Part shown: one piece after another, positions 55,456 through 64,000 of the stretch | How the letters are laid out: each line of letters opens with the position of its first letter | How positions within the stretch are numbered: the stretch's first letter is position 1 | Assembly: GCA_031127095.1 (NCBI GenBank) | Contig: JARIEX010000002.1 | Location: 3,346-67,345 of the forward strand | Direction of reading: 5' to 3' | DNA from: Gemmatimonadota bacterium | GTDB lineage: Bacteria > Gemmatimonadota > Gemmatimonadetes > Gemmatimonadales > Gemmatimonadaceae | DNA: 64,000 nt | Made by a program: the position numbers and the translations under genes | Notes under the pieces: generated by a model | Told to the model about the DNA's origin: nothing | The model's input: only the letters and a program-made list of their open reading frames with translations | Database searches by the model: none

Positions 55456-57221
55456 GGGTCGGTCGTACTCTCGCCGTGCTGGGAATGGCCGCCTGTCTGC
55501 CGCTGCGTGGTGCGGCGGGGCAGCCCACACGCCCCGCGACGCCGAAGCCGCCGCCGGTGTCGAGCCGCGGGCGTCTGCCTGTGACGGGGTGCGCCGGGCA
55601 GCCGATCAGCGACATCGTCGTGATCACGCAGCCGCCGTTCACCGACCGCCTCCCACCACGGCTGGAGTGGGTGCGTCGCACGGTGCGATCGGTGCACGCC
55701 AATACGCGGGACGACGTGGTGCGTCGCTTCCTGCTGCTCAAAGTGGGTGAGGCGTGCAACCAGATCCGGCGCGCGGAATCGGAGCGCATCCTGCGTGCAC
55801 AGCCCTTCCTGGTTGACGCGCGGATCCGCGTGTACGACGACGAAGCGGGCGGCGTGCGCCTCGAGGTGGAAACGCGCGATGACTTCAGTCTGATCCTCGA
55901 GCCCACGCTGCAATCGAAGTCGCCGGTATTCCGAGGGATTCGCGTGGGCGAATCGAATATCGCCGGTACGGCCACGCTGGCGGCGGTGACGTGGCGCGAC
56001 GGTCTGGCGTACAACGACATCCTTGGCGTCGAGCTGGCGAACTATCAGTTCGGCGGCGCGCGCAACGAATTCCGTGCGTCCGCCCGTCGCAATCGCTTCG
56101 GACAGGACATGCGGCTGGAAGTGGTCCGTCCGTACTACACCGACCTGCAGCGCTTTGCGTTTATCGGCAGCGTGGGCGGCACGCGTGGACCGCTCGAATT
56201 CCGACGCGGGGATCTGCCCCGGAATGCACTCACGGTGCGCCGGGAGTTCGGCAATCTGGGGTGGGTGACCCGCGTGGGCCCGGTGGGCCGACTCCGGCTG
56301 GTCGGTGCGTCCATTACGCGGGAGCGCCAGTCCACCGACCAGACCTCACTCATGCTCACGCGCGAGGGGGTGCAGCCCGATCCGGTCGATGCGCCCATCC
56401 CGATCTTCCGGCGCCAATCGGTGGTCCGCGCCAATGCGCTGCTGGGTGTCCGCGGCATCCGCTTCGTCCCGGTGCAGGGGTTCGACGCCTTGAACGGTGT
56501 GCAGGACGTGCGCGTGGGCATGCAGCTCGGGCTTGTGGCCGGTCGTTCACTCAACGTGGGGCTGGCGCGCGACCGCGATTACTTTCTCGCGGCGAATCTG
56601 TACGCCGCGGCCGGCGGTGCCAAAAGCTTCGTTGGCCTGCAGGCCGTCTCCGAGGCGCGCTTCGATCGCGACGTGCAGGCGTGGGACAACATCGTCACGA
56701 GCGGACGGCTGGCGTGGTACTTCCGCCCCGCGGTGCGTCAGACGAGCGTGTTCGATGTGGAGTGGAGCGGCGGGCACGACATGCGCGTGCCGTTCCAGCT
56801 GTCACTCGCTGATCGTGAGGGCGGTCTGCTGGGGCACCGCAACTCGTGGCAGGCCGGCGCACAGCGGCTGATCGTGCGCGGCGAGCAGCGCCTCGTGATC
56901 CCCACGCGCCTCAACGTGGCCGACGTGGGGCTGGCCCTGTTCTCCGAGGGTGGGCGCTTGTGGGGGGACCCCTCGGTGCCGTATGCGGTGTCCACGCCGT
57001 GGCGCGGTGCGGTGGGTGTGTCGGTGCTCGCCGCGGTGCCGCCGCGGTCCCGCCGGCTCTGGCGGGTCGATTTCGCGGTGCCCGTGGGCACCGATCCGCA
57101 GCGGCGATTCGAGATCCGCTTGTCGAGCGTGGACCGCTCGCGCGTGTTCTGGGACGAGCCCAGAGATGTGCTGTCGGCGCGGGAGCGGACCGCGCCGACG
57201 AGCCTGTTCACCTGGCCGTAA
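55452..57221 (+). CDS. POTRA-containing outer membrane beta-barrel protein (Omp85-like)
   Basis: Signal peptide; HANTRDDVVRRFLLLKVGE...ESERILR POTRA; ESNIAG; amphipathic beta strands; WRVDFAVP. Confidence 0.72.
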   Translation: MRVGRTLAVLGMAACLPLRGAAGQPTRPATPKPPPVSSRGRLPVTGCAGQPISDIVVITQPPFTDRLPPRLEWVRRTVRSVHANTRDDVVRRFLLLKVGEACNQIRRAESERILRAQPFLVDARIRVYDDEAGGVRLEVETRDDFSLILEPTLQSKSPVFRGIRVGESNIAGTATLAAVTWRDGLAYNDILGVELANYQFGGARNEFRASARRNRFGQDMRLEVVRPYYTDLQRFAFIGSVGGTRGPLEFRRGDLPRNALTVRREFGNLGWVTRVGPVGRLRLVGASITRERQSTDQTSLMLTREGVQPDPVDAPIPIFRRQSVVRANALLGVRGIRFVPVQGFDALNGVQDVRVGMQLGLVAGRSLNVGLARDRDYFLAANLYAAAGGAKSFVGLQAVSEARFDRDVQAWDNIVTSGRLAWYFRPAVRQTSVFDVEWSGGHDMRVPFQLSLADREGGLLGHRNSWQAGAQRLIVRGEQRLVIPTRLNVADVGLALFSEGGRLWGDPSVPYAVSTPWRGAVGVSVLAAVPPRSRRLWRVDFAVPVGTDPQRRFEIRLSSVDRSRVFWDEPRDVLSARERTAPTSLFTWP

Positions 57222-57233
57222 TCACGCTGCCCG

Positions 57234-58793
57234 TTACTTCACGCCGGCCATCATCCGGCGGATCGGAATGACGAGGAGGGCGAGAATGACCGTGGCGCCG
57301 AAGAGCGCGATGGCGGTGCCGCTGAACACAAGCGGCGTCTGTTCCAGTTTGGTGGGATCGACGTGTCCGCCCACCAGGCCGGCCACGAGGTTGCCGACCG
57401 AGGTGGCGAGGAACCAGATGCCCATCATCTGTCCCACGTAGCGGCGGGGGGCGAGCTTGGTCATCGAGGACAGGCCGACCGGGCTCAGGAACAGCTCACC
57501 GAGCGTCTGGAACATGTAGCTCATGATCAGCCACCACGGTGACACGAGCACCGATCCGCCGCTCGCGACCACCTGATTGGCGGCGAACACCATGATCAGA
57601 AAGCCCACGCCCGCGAGTCCGAGGCCGAGCGCGAATTTCGTGGGGCTCGAGAGCTCGATGTTGCGCTTGGCCAGCATCAGCCAGAGCGCCGCGAAGACGG
57701 GCGAGAAGAGGATGATGAACGCCGAATTCACCGACTGGAACCACGTGGCCGGGATATCGAACCCGAACAGGTTGCGGTCGGTGAAATCGTTGGCGAACAG
57801 CTGCAGCGAGGTGGGCGCCTGTTCGAACGCCGCCCAGAAGATCGCGGCGAACACGAACAACACGAAGATCACCCCCGAGCGCAGCTTCTCGTCGCGGGTG
57901 AGCCCGCCGAAGGCGAACAGGAAGCTGAAGAAGGCAACGGCGATGCCGACGAGCACGAACGTCATTGCGCCGCCGATGGCCTGCGGATCGAGGGCGATGG
58001 CCCCGGTGCTGGCCAGCACGAACACGAGCGCGAGCACGGCCAGTCCGGCCAGCGTGTAATTGCGGACGGTCCCTTCACGTTTCGCCTGCACGGCGGGATC
58101 CGGATCCCGCACGATGTCCTGACCGATCGGGCCGAGCATGTCGCGCGCCTTGAGCCAGAACATGAGCAAGCCGAACAGCATGCCGACGCCGGCGGCGCCG
58201 AAGCCCCAGTGCCAGCTCACCCGCTCGCCCAGATAGCCGGTCACGAGCTGCCCCACGAAGGCGCCCGTGTTGATGCCCATGTAGAAGATCGAGAAGCCGG
58301 CATCGCGCCGCGCGCCGCCCTCAGGGTACAGATCACCGACGATGGCCGAGATGTTCGGCTTGAGGAGTCCGGTGCCGAGCACGATGAGCACGAGACCGAG
58401 GAAGAAAAAGATCTTGCCGATGCCGGCGCCCGCCATGCCGGAGATGCCGATGGACAGGTGGCCGCCGGTAATGAGCACGGCACCGATGAGGATCGAGCGT
58501 CGCAGTCCGAGCCAGCGGTCGGCGATCCAGCCGCCGGGGAGCGAGGCGAGATACACGCTCGCGGCGTAGATGCCCACGATGGCCGACGCGGAGGGGCGGT
58601 CGAAGCCGAAGCCGCCGTCGGCGAGCGCCGCCGCCATGAACAGCACCAGCAGCGGGCGCAGACCGTAGAAGGAGAACCGTTCCCACATTTCGGTCATGAA
58701 CAGCAGGCCGAGACCACGCGGGTGCCCGAAGAAGGCGCGGTCGTTCGCGGGGTGCGAGGCGGACGAGTCCGGGCGGAGCGAGGGAGGCGTCAC
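57234..58793 (-). CDS. POT/PTR proton-dependent oligopeptide transporter (DtpT-like)
   Basis: [55 protein letters not shown]; GTGA overlap with the oppF-like stop. Confidence 0.95.
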   Translation of the reverse strand: MTPPSLRPDSSASHPANDRAFFGHPRGLGLLFMTEMWERFSFYGLRPLLVLFMAAALADGGFGFDRPSASAIVGIYAASVYLASLPGGWIADRWLGLRRSILIGAVLITGGHLSIGISGMAGAGIGKIFFFLGLVLIVLGTGLLKPNISAIVGDLYPEGGARRDAGFSIFYMGINTGAFVGQLVTGYLGERVSWHWGFGAAGVGMLFGLLMFWLKARDMLGPIGQDIVRDPDPAVQAKREGTVRNYTLAGLAVLALVFVLASTGAIALDPQAIGGAMTFVLVGIAVAFFSFLFAFGGLTRDEKLRSGVIFVLFVFAAIFWAAFEQAPTSLQLFANDFTDRNLFGFDIPATWFQSVNSAFIILFSPVFAALWLMLAKRNIELSSPTKFALGLGLAGVGFLIMVFAANQVVASGGSVLVSPWWLIMSYMFQTLGELFLSPVGLSSMTKLAPRRYVGQMMGIWFLATSVGNLVAGLVGGHVDPTKLEQTPLVFSGTAIALFGATVILALLVIPIRRMMAGVK

Positions 58794-59806
58794 GACGCGT
58801 TGGATGAGAGGTGGGTGAACGGCGGCTTGAGGCAGGCCACGAAATGGCCCGGAGCCTTCTCCTCGAGCGCAGGGACGACGCGCGTGCATTCCGCATCCTT
58901 CTGCGGGTGTGGGCAGCGCGGGTGGAACACACAGCCGCTGGGCGGATTCGCCGGCGAGGGCGGATCGCCGGCGAGCAGAATGCGCTGCCGCCGGACGGTC
59001 GGATCGGGCACCGGCACCGCGGACAGCAGCGCCTGTGTGTACGGCATCATCGGCGCGGCGAAGAGCCGCGGCCGGGGCGCGAGCTCCACGATGCGTCCGA
59101 GGTACATCACGGCCACGCGATCGGCCATGTGCGCCACGACCGCGAGATCATGCGCGATGAACAGATACGACAAGCCCCGATCGCGCTGCAGGTCGCGCAG
59201 AAGATTCACCACCTGCGCCTGCACGCTCACGTCGAGCGCCGACACCGGCTCGTCGCACACGATGAACGACGGCTCCACGGCGAGCGCGCGCGCGATCCCG
59301 ATGCGCTGGCGTTGCCCGCCGGAAAATTCGTGCGGATAGCGCGACGCGTACTCGGTCCGCAGCCCCACTTCGTCCAGCAGGGCCGCGACCCGGCGGTCGG
59401 CGGCGCTTCCTTCGGCGAGTTCATGCACGATCAGTCCTTCCCGGATCGCGTCTCCCACGGTCATCCGTGGATTGAGCGAGCCGTAGGGATCCTGGAAGAT
59501 GATCTGCATCCGCCGGCGCATCCGCCGCAACGCTTCACCGCGCAGCGCGCGCAGATCGGTTCCGTCGAAATGCAGCTGGCCGTCGGTGGGTTCGATCAGG
59601 CGCAGAATGGCGCGCCCCGTGGTCGTCTTGCCGCAGCCTGATTCCCCCACGAGCGCCAGCGTCTCGCCGGCGGCCACGTCGAAGGACACGCCGTCCACCG
59701 CCTTCACGGCGCCGGTGGTGCGCTGCAGGAACCCCGAGCGAATGGGGAAGTGCTTGGTGAGCCCGCGCACCGACAACAGCGGCGCCGGCGTGGTCGATGC
59801 ACTCAT
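58790..59806 (-). CDS. Oligo/dipeptide ABC transporter ATPase (OppF/DppF)
   Basis: [44 protein letters not shown]. Confidence 0.95.
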   Translation of the reverse strand: MSASTTPAPLLSVRGLTKHFPIRSGFLQRTTGAVKAVDGVSFDVAAGETLALVGESGCGKTTTGRAILRLIEPTDGQLHFDGTDLRALRGEALRRMRRRMQIIFQDPYGSLNPRMTVGDAIREGLIVHELAEGSAADRRVAALLDEVGLRTEYASRYPHEFSGGQRQRIGIARALAVEPSFIVCDEPVSALDVSVQAQVVNLLRDLQRDRGLSYLFIAHDLAVVAHMADRVAVMYLGRIVELAPRPRLFAAPMMPYTQALLSAVPVPDPTVRRQRILLAGDPPSPANPPSGCVFHPRCPHPQKDAECTRVVPALEEKAPGHFVACLKPPFTHLSSNAS

Positions 59807-60849
59807 GTGCGCACGACCTCGCGCCGGTCGGCGCGCCGCGCCGGTTCGGCAATCAGGTGGCATCGCGCGCGGTGGCCGGCGCCGATTTCGACCAGTGCCG
59901 GCTCCTCACTCGCGCAGCGGTCGAACGCGTACGGGCAGCGATCACGAAAGGCACAGCCGCTCGGCAGCGCCGTGGGCGGCGGCACCGACCCCGCGATGGT
60001 CTGCAGTCGCTCGGCTTCACGCCCCAGCCGCGGAATCGCGGCAAGCAGTCCCTCGGTGTAGGGGTGCGCCGGGGCGGCGAACAGCTCTGCCACGTTGGCT
60101 TCCTCGACGATGCGGCCGGCGTACATCACGATGACCCGCGAGGCCATCTCGGCGACGACGCCGAGATCGTGCGTGATGAGGAGCAGCGCCATGTTCGTCC
60201 GCGCGCGCAGGTCGCGCAGCAGTTCGAGGATCTGCGCCTGGATGGTGACGTCGAGCGCCGTCGTGGGCTCATCGGCGATGACGAGCTTGGGCGACATGAT
60301 CAGCGCCATCGCGATCATCACGCGCTGCCGCATGCCCCCCGAGAGCTCGTGCGGATACTGCGAGGCGCGCGCCGGCGCGTCGGCAATGCCCACCTGCGCC
60401 AGCATATCAACGGTGCGCGACCAGATGTCGCGCCGCGCGAGCGTGGTGTGAACGCGCAGCACTTCCGCGATCTGGTCGCCGACGGTGAGAACGGGATTGA
60501 GCGCCGTCATCGGCTCCTGAAAGATCATCGCCATGTGCTGCCCGCGGATGTCGCGCAGGCGTTCGTCGTCGAGCGTGAGGATGTCTGCGCCGTCAAAGCG
60601 GATGCGGCTGCCCGGCTCAATCCGTCCAGGTGGTGGGACGAGGCGCAGCAGCGACAGCGCGGTGAGCGACTTCCCGCACCCGGACTCGCCCACGAGACAG
60701 ACCGATTCCCCCCGCGACACCGTGAACGACACGCCGTCCACCGCGCGCGCGACGCCGCGGCCCGCCGGAAAGGCGATCTGCAGCGACTGCACATCGAGCA
60801 GTGGACCACCGGAATCGGGCGTGGAGTCGCGAGGGGGCGTAGACGTCAC
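59803..60849 (-). CDS. Oligo/dipeptide ABC transporter ATPase (OppD/DppD)
   Basis: [35 protein letters not shown]; GTG start overlapping the oppC-like stop. Confidence 0.95.
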   Translation of the reverse strand: MTSTPPRDSTPDSGGPLLDVQSLQIAFPAGRGVARAVDGVSFTVSRGESVCLVGESGCGKSLTALSLLRLVPPPGRIEPGSRIRFDGADILTLDDERLRDIRGQHMAMIFQEPMTALNPVLTVGDQIAEVLRVHTTLARRDIWSRTVDMLAQVGIADAPARASQYPHELSGGMRQRVMIAMALIMSPKLVIADEPTTALDVTIQAQILELLRDLRARTNMALLLITHDLGVVAEMASRVIVMYAGRIVEEANVAELFAAPAHPYTEGLLAAIPRLGREAERLQTIAGSVPPPTALPSGCAFRDRCPYAFDRCASEEPALVEIGAGHRARCHLIAEPARRADRREVVRT

Positions 60850-61703
60850 GGGCGCACGGCACGGGGAAGGGGAGGGGCGGAGCGAGTGGGAACGTGCGCC
60901 GGAGCGAAGCGCTCGCGCAAGGCATCGCCGAGCGCATTGCAGGCCAGCACAGCGAAAACGGTGGCGAGGCCGGGAAAGAGCGTGAGCCACCACTCGGTTT
61001 GCATCACGCCGGATCCGTCGCGCAGGATCGTGCCCCAGCTGGCCTGCGGCGGCTGAATCCCGAGGCCGAGGTAGCTGAGCCCCGCTTCGAGGGCGATCGT
61101 GCCGGCCACGCCGAAGCTGGCGTTGATGGCCAGCGTGGGCAGAAGATGTGGAACCAGGTGACGCCAGAGCAGGCGTACCGGCCGCACGCCCAACGCACGG
61201 GCCGCGACGGTGAATTCGCGACCGCGCAGCGCGGCGAGGTCGTCGGCGACCAGCCGCGCGGTGGTGAACCAGCCGGTGAGCCCCACCAGCAAAATCAGCG
61301 CGGGGAGCGAAACGGTCCCCCACAGCGCGGCAATGGCCAGGAGCAACAGCAGGCGCGGGATCGAGAGCGCCACATCGATGAGGCGCTGCATGGCGGCGTG
61401 TACCCCGCCGCCGGCGAGGGTGGACAGCGCACCGTAGAGCGTGCCCACGATCAGCGACAGCACAACGGAGAGCGTGGCCAGCAGCAGCGAGATGCGGGCG
61501 CCGTCGAGTACACGGCTGAGCACATCGCGCCCCACGCCGTCGGTCCCAAACGGATGCGCCAGCGAGGGCGCTTGGCTGCGCAGCGCGATGATGTCGAGCT
61601 GTGCATTGGCGTCGTAGGGCGTGAGCCACGGGCCCGCGACGGTGAGGAGCACGAGCACGGCCGCCATCCCGGCGGGAACGGTGAGTCGACGCGAGGGGCT
61701 CAT
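60846..61703 (-). CDS. Oligo/dipeptide ABC permease (OppC/DppC)
   Basis: HPFGTDGVGRDVLSR, EFTVAARALG EAA motif, LSYLGLG. Confidence 0.93.
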   Translation of the reverse strand: MSPSRRLTVPAGMAAVLVLLTVAGPWLTPYDANAQLDIIALRSQAPSLAHPFGTDGVGRDVLSRVLDGARISLLLATLSVVLSLIVGTLYGALSTLAGGGVHAAMQRLIDVALSIPRLLLLLAIAALWGTVSLPALILLVGLTGWFTTARLVADDLAALRGREFTVAARALGVRPVRLLWRHLVPHLLPTLAINASFGVAGTIALEAGLSYLGLGIQPPQASWGTILRDGSGVMQTEWWLTLFPGLATVFAVLACNALGDALRERFAPAHVPTRSAPPLPRAVRP

Positions 61704-61710
61704 GCCGGCG

Positions 61711-62688
61711 TCACGCGTCGCGCAGGCGTGGATCGGCCAGATCACGCAGGATATCGGCCAGCGCCGCACCGAGGGCGGTGGCGGCGCTCCCCACGATCAC
61801 GCACGCCGACACCACGGCCACATCGCGCGCCTCGATGGCGCGGATCAGGGTGAAGCCCATGCCGGGCCACGCGAACACCCGTTCCACGAACACGGCGCCG
61901 GTGACGAGTGCCGGCAGCAGCAGGCCGGCCACCGTGATCACGGGCAGCAGCGCCGTCCGCCACGCTTGGCGACGCACGGCGGTTTCAGTGAGCCCCTTGG
62001 CGCGCGCCGTCTGCACGAACGGCTGCGTCATGCTCTCCTGCATGGCGATGCGCTGGTAGCGGGCGAAGACGGCGATCCCCACCAGCGACAGCGCGGTCAG
62101 CGGCAGTACGAGATGACGCAGGCGGTCGGCCAGTTGCGCGCCCGACGACTGGTAGGCGTAGAGGTCGCCCGTGATCCCGGTGGCGGGAAGCCAGCCGAGT
62201 TGGTGAGCGAACACCGTCATCAACGCGAGCGCGAGCCAGAACTCGGGGAGTGAATACAGCACGAGCAGCACGACGGCACTGACGCGATCGCGACGCGAGC
62301 CCACGCGTGCCCCTTGCCACGCGCCGATGGCGGAACCCAGGGCCACGCTGATCGCGAGCGCCGCGCCCATGAGCAGGAGCGAGCGCGGCAACGCCTCCGC
62401 GATGATGGCGGCGACCGGTCGCCGTTGATTGGGCGACCAGCCGAACTCGCCGCGGAGCAGGGCGAGCATCCACCGTCCGTACTGCGTGGCCAGTGAGTCG
62501 TTCAGTCCATACTGCGCGCGCACGGCGGCGCGCATCTCGGGTGACACCCCCTCGCCGAGCGCGGTGCCCGCGTCGCCGGGGGCGAGATGCACAAGCACGA
62601 ATGCCAGCGAGGCCGCCGCGAACACGACCGCCACGCTCATCGCGATGCGGCGCATCACGCGCGGCAGGAAGCGTGGCGTCGTGCTCAG
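61711..62688 (-). CDS. Oligo/dipeptide ABC permease (OppB/DppB)
   Basis: LAPGD, YGLN, FVQTARAKGL, VERVFAWPGMG; start uncertain (CTG 62688, GTG 62658 or ATG 62655). Confidence 0.92.
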   Translation of the reverse strand: MSTTPRFLPRVMRRIAMSVAVVFAAASLAFVLVHLAPGDAGTALGEGVSPEMRAAVRAQYGLNDSLATQYGRWMLALLRGEFGWSPNQRRPVAAIIAEALPRSLLLMGAALAISVALGSAIGAWQGARVGSRRDRVSAVVLLVLYSLPEFWLALALMTVFAHQLGWLPATGITGDLYAYQSSGAQLADRLRHLVLPLTALSLVGIAVFARYQRIAMQESMTQPFVQTARAKGLTETAVRRQAWRTALLPVITVAGLLLPALVTGAVFVERVFAWPGMGFTLIRAIEARDVAVVSACVIVGSAATALGAALADILRDLADPRLRDA

Positions 62689-64000
62689 GGAGGCGTCCCC
62701 AATCCGATCCGGTCTCGATCGAGACGCTGCGCCGGATCGATGCGCCAGTCGGCCAACCCGGCGTACCAGCCGTCGGCGCGCAGCGGCGTGGTGATCACGC
62801 GCCGATGGACCGCGAGCGGCGAGCGCTGCTCGTACAGCCACACCGCGGGGACGTCGTTGACGATCTCCTGGAACGCGCGGGCCCAGTAGCCGCGGCTCGC
62901 GCTCGGATCGAACGTGGTGAGGGCGCTGTCGAGCAGCGCGTCAAACGGCGCACTGGCGTAGCGACCGGCGTTCGACACCCCAATCGAGGCCCAGGTCTGC
63001 TTGAGCCCCACCAGACCGGGGCTCGTCTGCCATCCGCCCAGATACGCATCGAAGCGATGCGCATCCACGGCCTCGCTCCACGCGTTGTTCTCGAGCTGCT
63101 GTGGGGCGGCTTCGACGCCAATGGCACGGTATTGCTCCTGCAAGAGCACCGCATAGCGTTGGCGCGACGTGCTGCTGGCCGGAATGAGCATGCGGAACGA
63201 CAACGGAATGCCGTCGCGGTCGCGGACGCCGTCGTTGTCATGATCGACCCAGCCGGCCGAATCGAGCAGGGCCTTCGCCATGGCCACGTTGTACGGCAGC
63301 TGACGGAAGGCCGTGGTGTCAGGGATCAGGGCACGCGGCGCGGGGGCGAGCGCCGTCATCCCCAGCGAGTCGAACACGTTGCGCACGAGGCGGTCCCGGT
63401 CCACGGCCATGTGCAGCGCACGCCGCACGCGCGCATCGCCGAACAGGGGGTGCGGGCGCGCCGCGTTGGTGGTGTCGCGCAGGTTGAAGCCAAGAAATCC
63501 GTACTGCAGCGTGCGGTTGTCGATCAGTCGCAGCGCCGGTGTCTGCGCCACCTGCGCGAGATTGTCCGGCCGCAGATTTTCCAGCAGGTCGGCTTCACCG
63601 GCGAACAGCTTCACCGTGGCCGCCCCGTAATCCGGCGCGAGTGTCCACACCACCCGGTCCAGCAGCGCCCGGCCACGGGCATTGGCGGTGTCGGCCACGA
63701 TCTCGATGCGCTGGCCGGGCTCCCAGCGTGCGAACCGGAATCGTCCGGTGCCCACGGGACGGCGGCCGAAGGCGGCGCTGTCGAGCGCCGCCATGGGGAT
63801 CGTGTCCAGCAGGTGCGCCGGCAGGATGTACATGTGGTACGTGGCGTCGTAGAACTGCCGCGGCATCCGTCGCTTGAACCAGAACACCGCCGTCCGCGCA
63901 TCGCGCACCGACACCGAGTCGATGTTTCCCAACAGCGACTTCGCATCGACGGCCAGCGAGTCGCTGGTGTACACGCGGAACGTGTAGCGCACGTCGTCGG
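62685..64000 (-). CDS. Peptide ABC substrate-binding protein (SBP family 5); 5' end outside window
   Basis: PVGTGRF, DARVRRALHMAVDR, AKALLDSAGW.D.D.DGVR. Confidence 0.92.
   Translation of the reverse strand, partial: DDVRYTFRVYTSDSLAVDAKSLLGNIDSVSVRDARTAVFWFKRRMPRQFYDATYHMYILPAHLLDTIPMAALDSAAFGRRPVGTGRFRFARWEPGQRIEIVADTANARGRALLDRVVWTLAPDYGAATVKLFAGEADLLENLRPDNLAQVAQTPALRLIDNRTLQYGFLGFNLRDTTNAARPHPLFGDARVRRALHMAVDRDRLVRNVFDSLGMTALAPAPRALIPDTTAFRQLPYNVAMAKALLDSAGWVDHDNDGVRDRDGIPLSFRMLIPASSTSRQRYAVLLQEQYRAIGVEAAPQQLENNAWSEAVDAHRFDAYLGGWQTSPGLVGLKQTWASIGVSNAGRYASAPFDALLDSALTTFDPSASRGYWARAFQEIVNDVPAVWLYEQRSPLAVHRRVITTPLRADGWYAGLADWRIDPAQRLDRDRIGLGTPP

Noticed and set aside
54649-55530. N-terminal extension of the 978-aa GT2 ORF
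   Set aside because: Antisense to the PspA-like gene; GT2 homology starts at 54648 and a -10-like TAGGCT lies at 54677-54672

Overview
High-GC bacterial chromosomal segment. Gene content (SusC/SusD pair, barrel-less TonB-plug proteins, many lipoproteins, waaA, stand-alone RicT next to metG) suggests Gemmatimonadota; this is inference, not a database result. Left to right: (1) a SusCD-centred outer-membrane uptake locus with an FG-GAP/ASPIC-UnbV protein, two plug-only proteins, a DUF4397-like lipoprotein, a CocE/NonD hydrolase and a CitMHS transporter; (2) dsbA-like/waaA and a TPM-nucleotidyltransferase-LemA operon; (3) dnaE-accA-ricT-metG, two Zn peptidases and a UvrD helicase; (4) a 1127-aa Ig-domain lipoprotein (S-layer candidate) with a ~370-nt structured leader and a double hairpin terminator, followed by a GT-C-like membrane protein; (5) lipA-pdhABC-lpdA-lipB, interrupted by an M66-like surface metalloprotease and an AAA_14/DUF4143 ATPase-nuclease with its own leaderless promoter overlapped by two palindromes; (6) GT2 with a long disordered tail plus a DHS-like gene, a PspA-like gene plus a POTRA outer-membrane protein, and an Opp/Dpp ABC operon with a POT transporter. 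I recognised no rRNA, tRNA, CRISPR array, transposase or integrase. All product calls come from motif recognition by eye; no searches were run.
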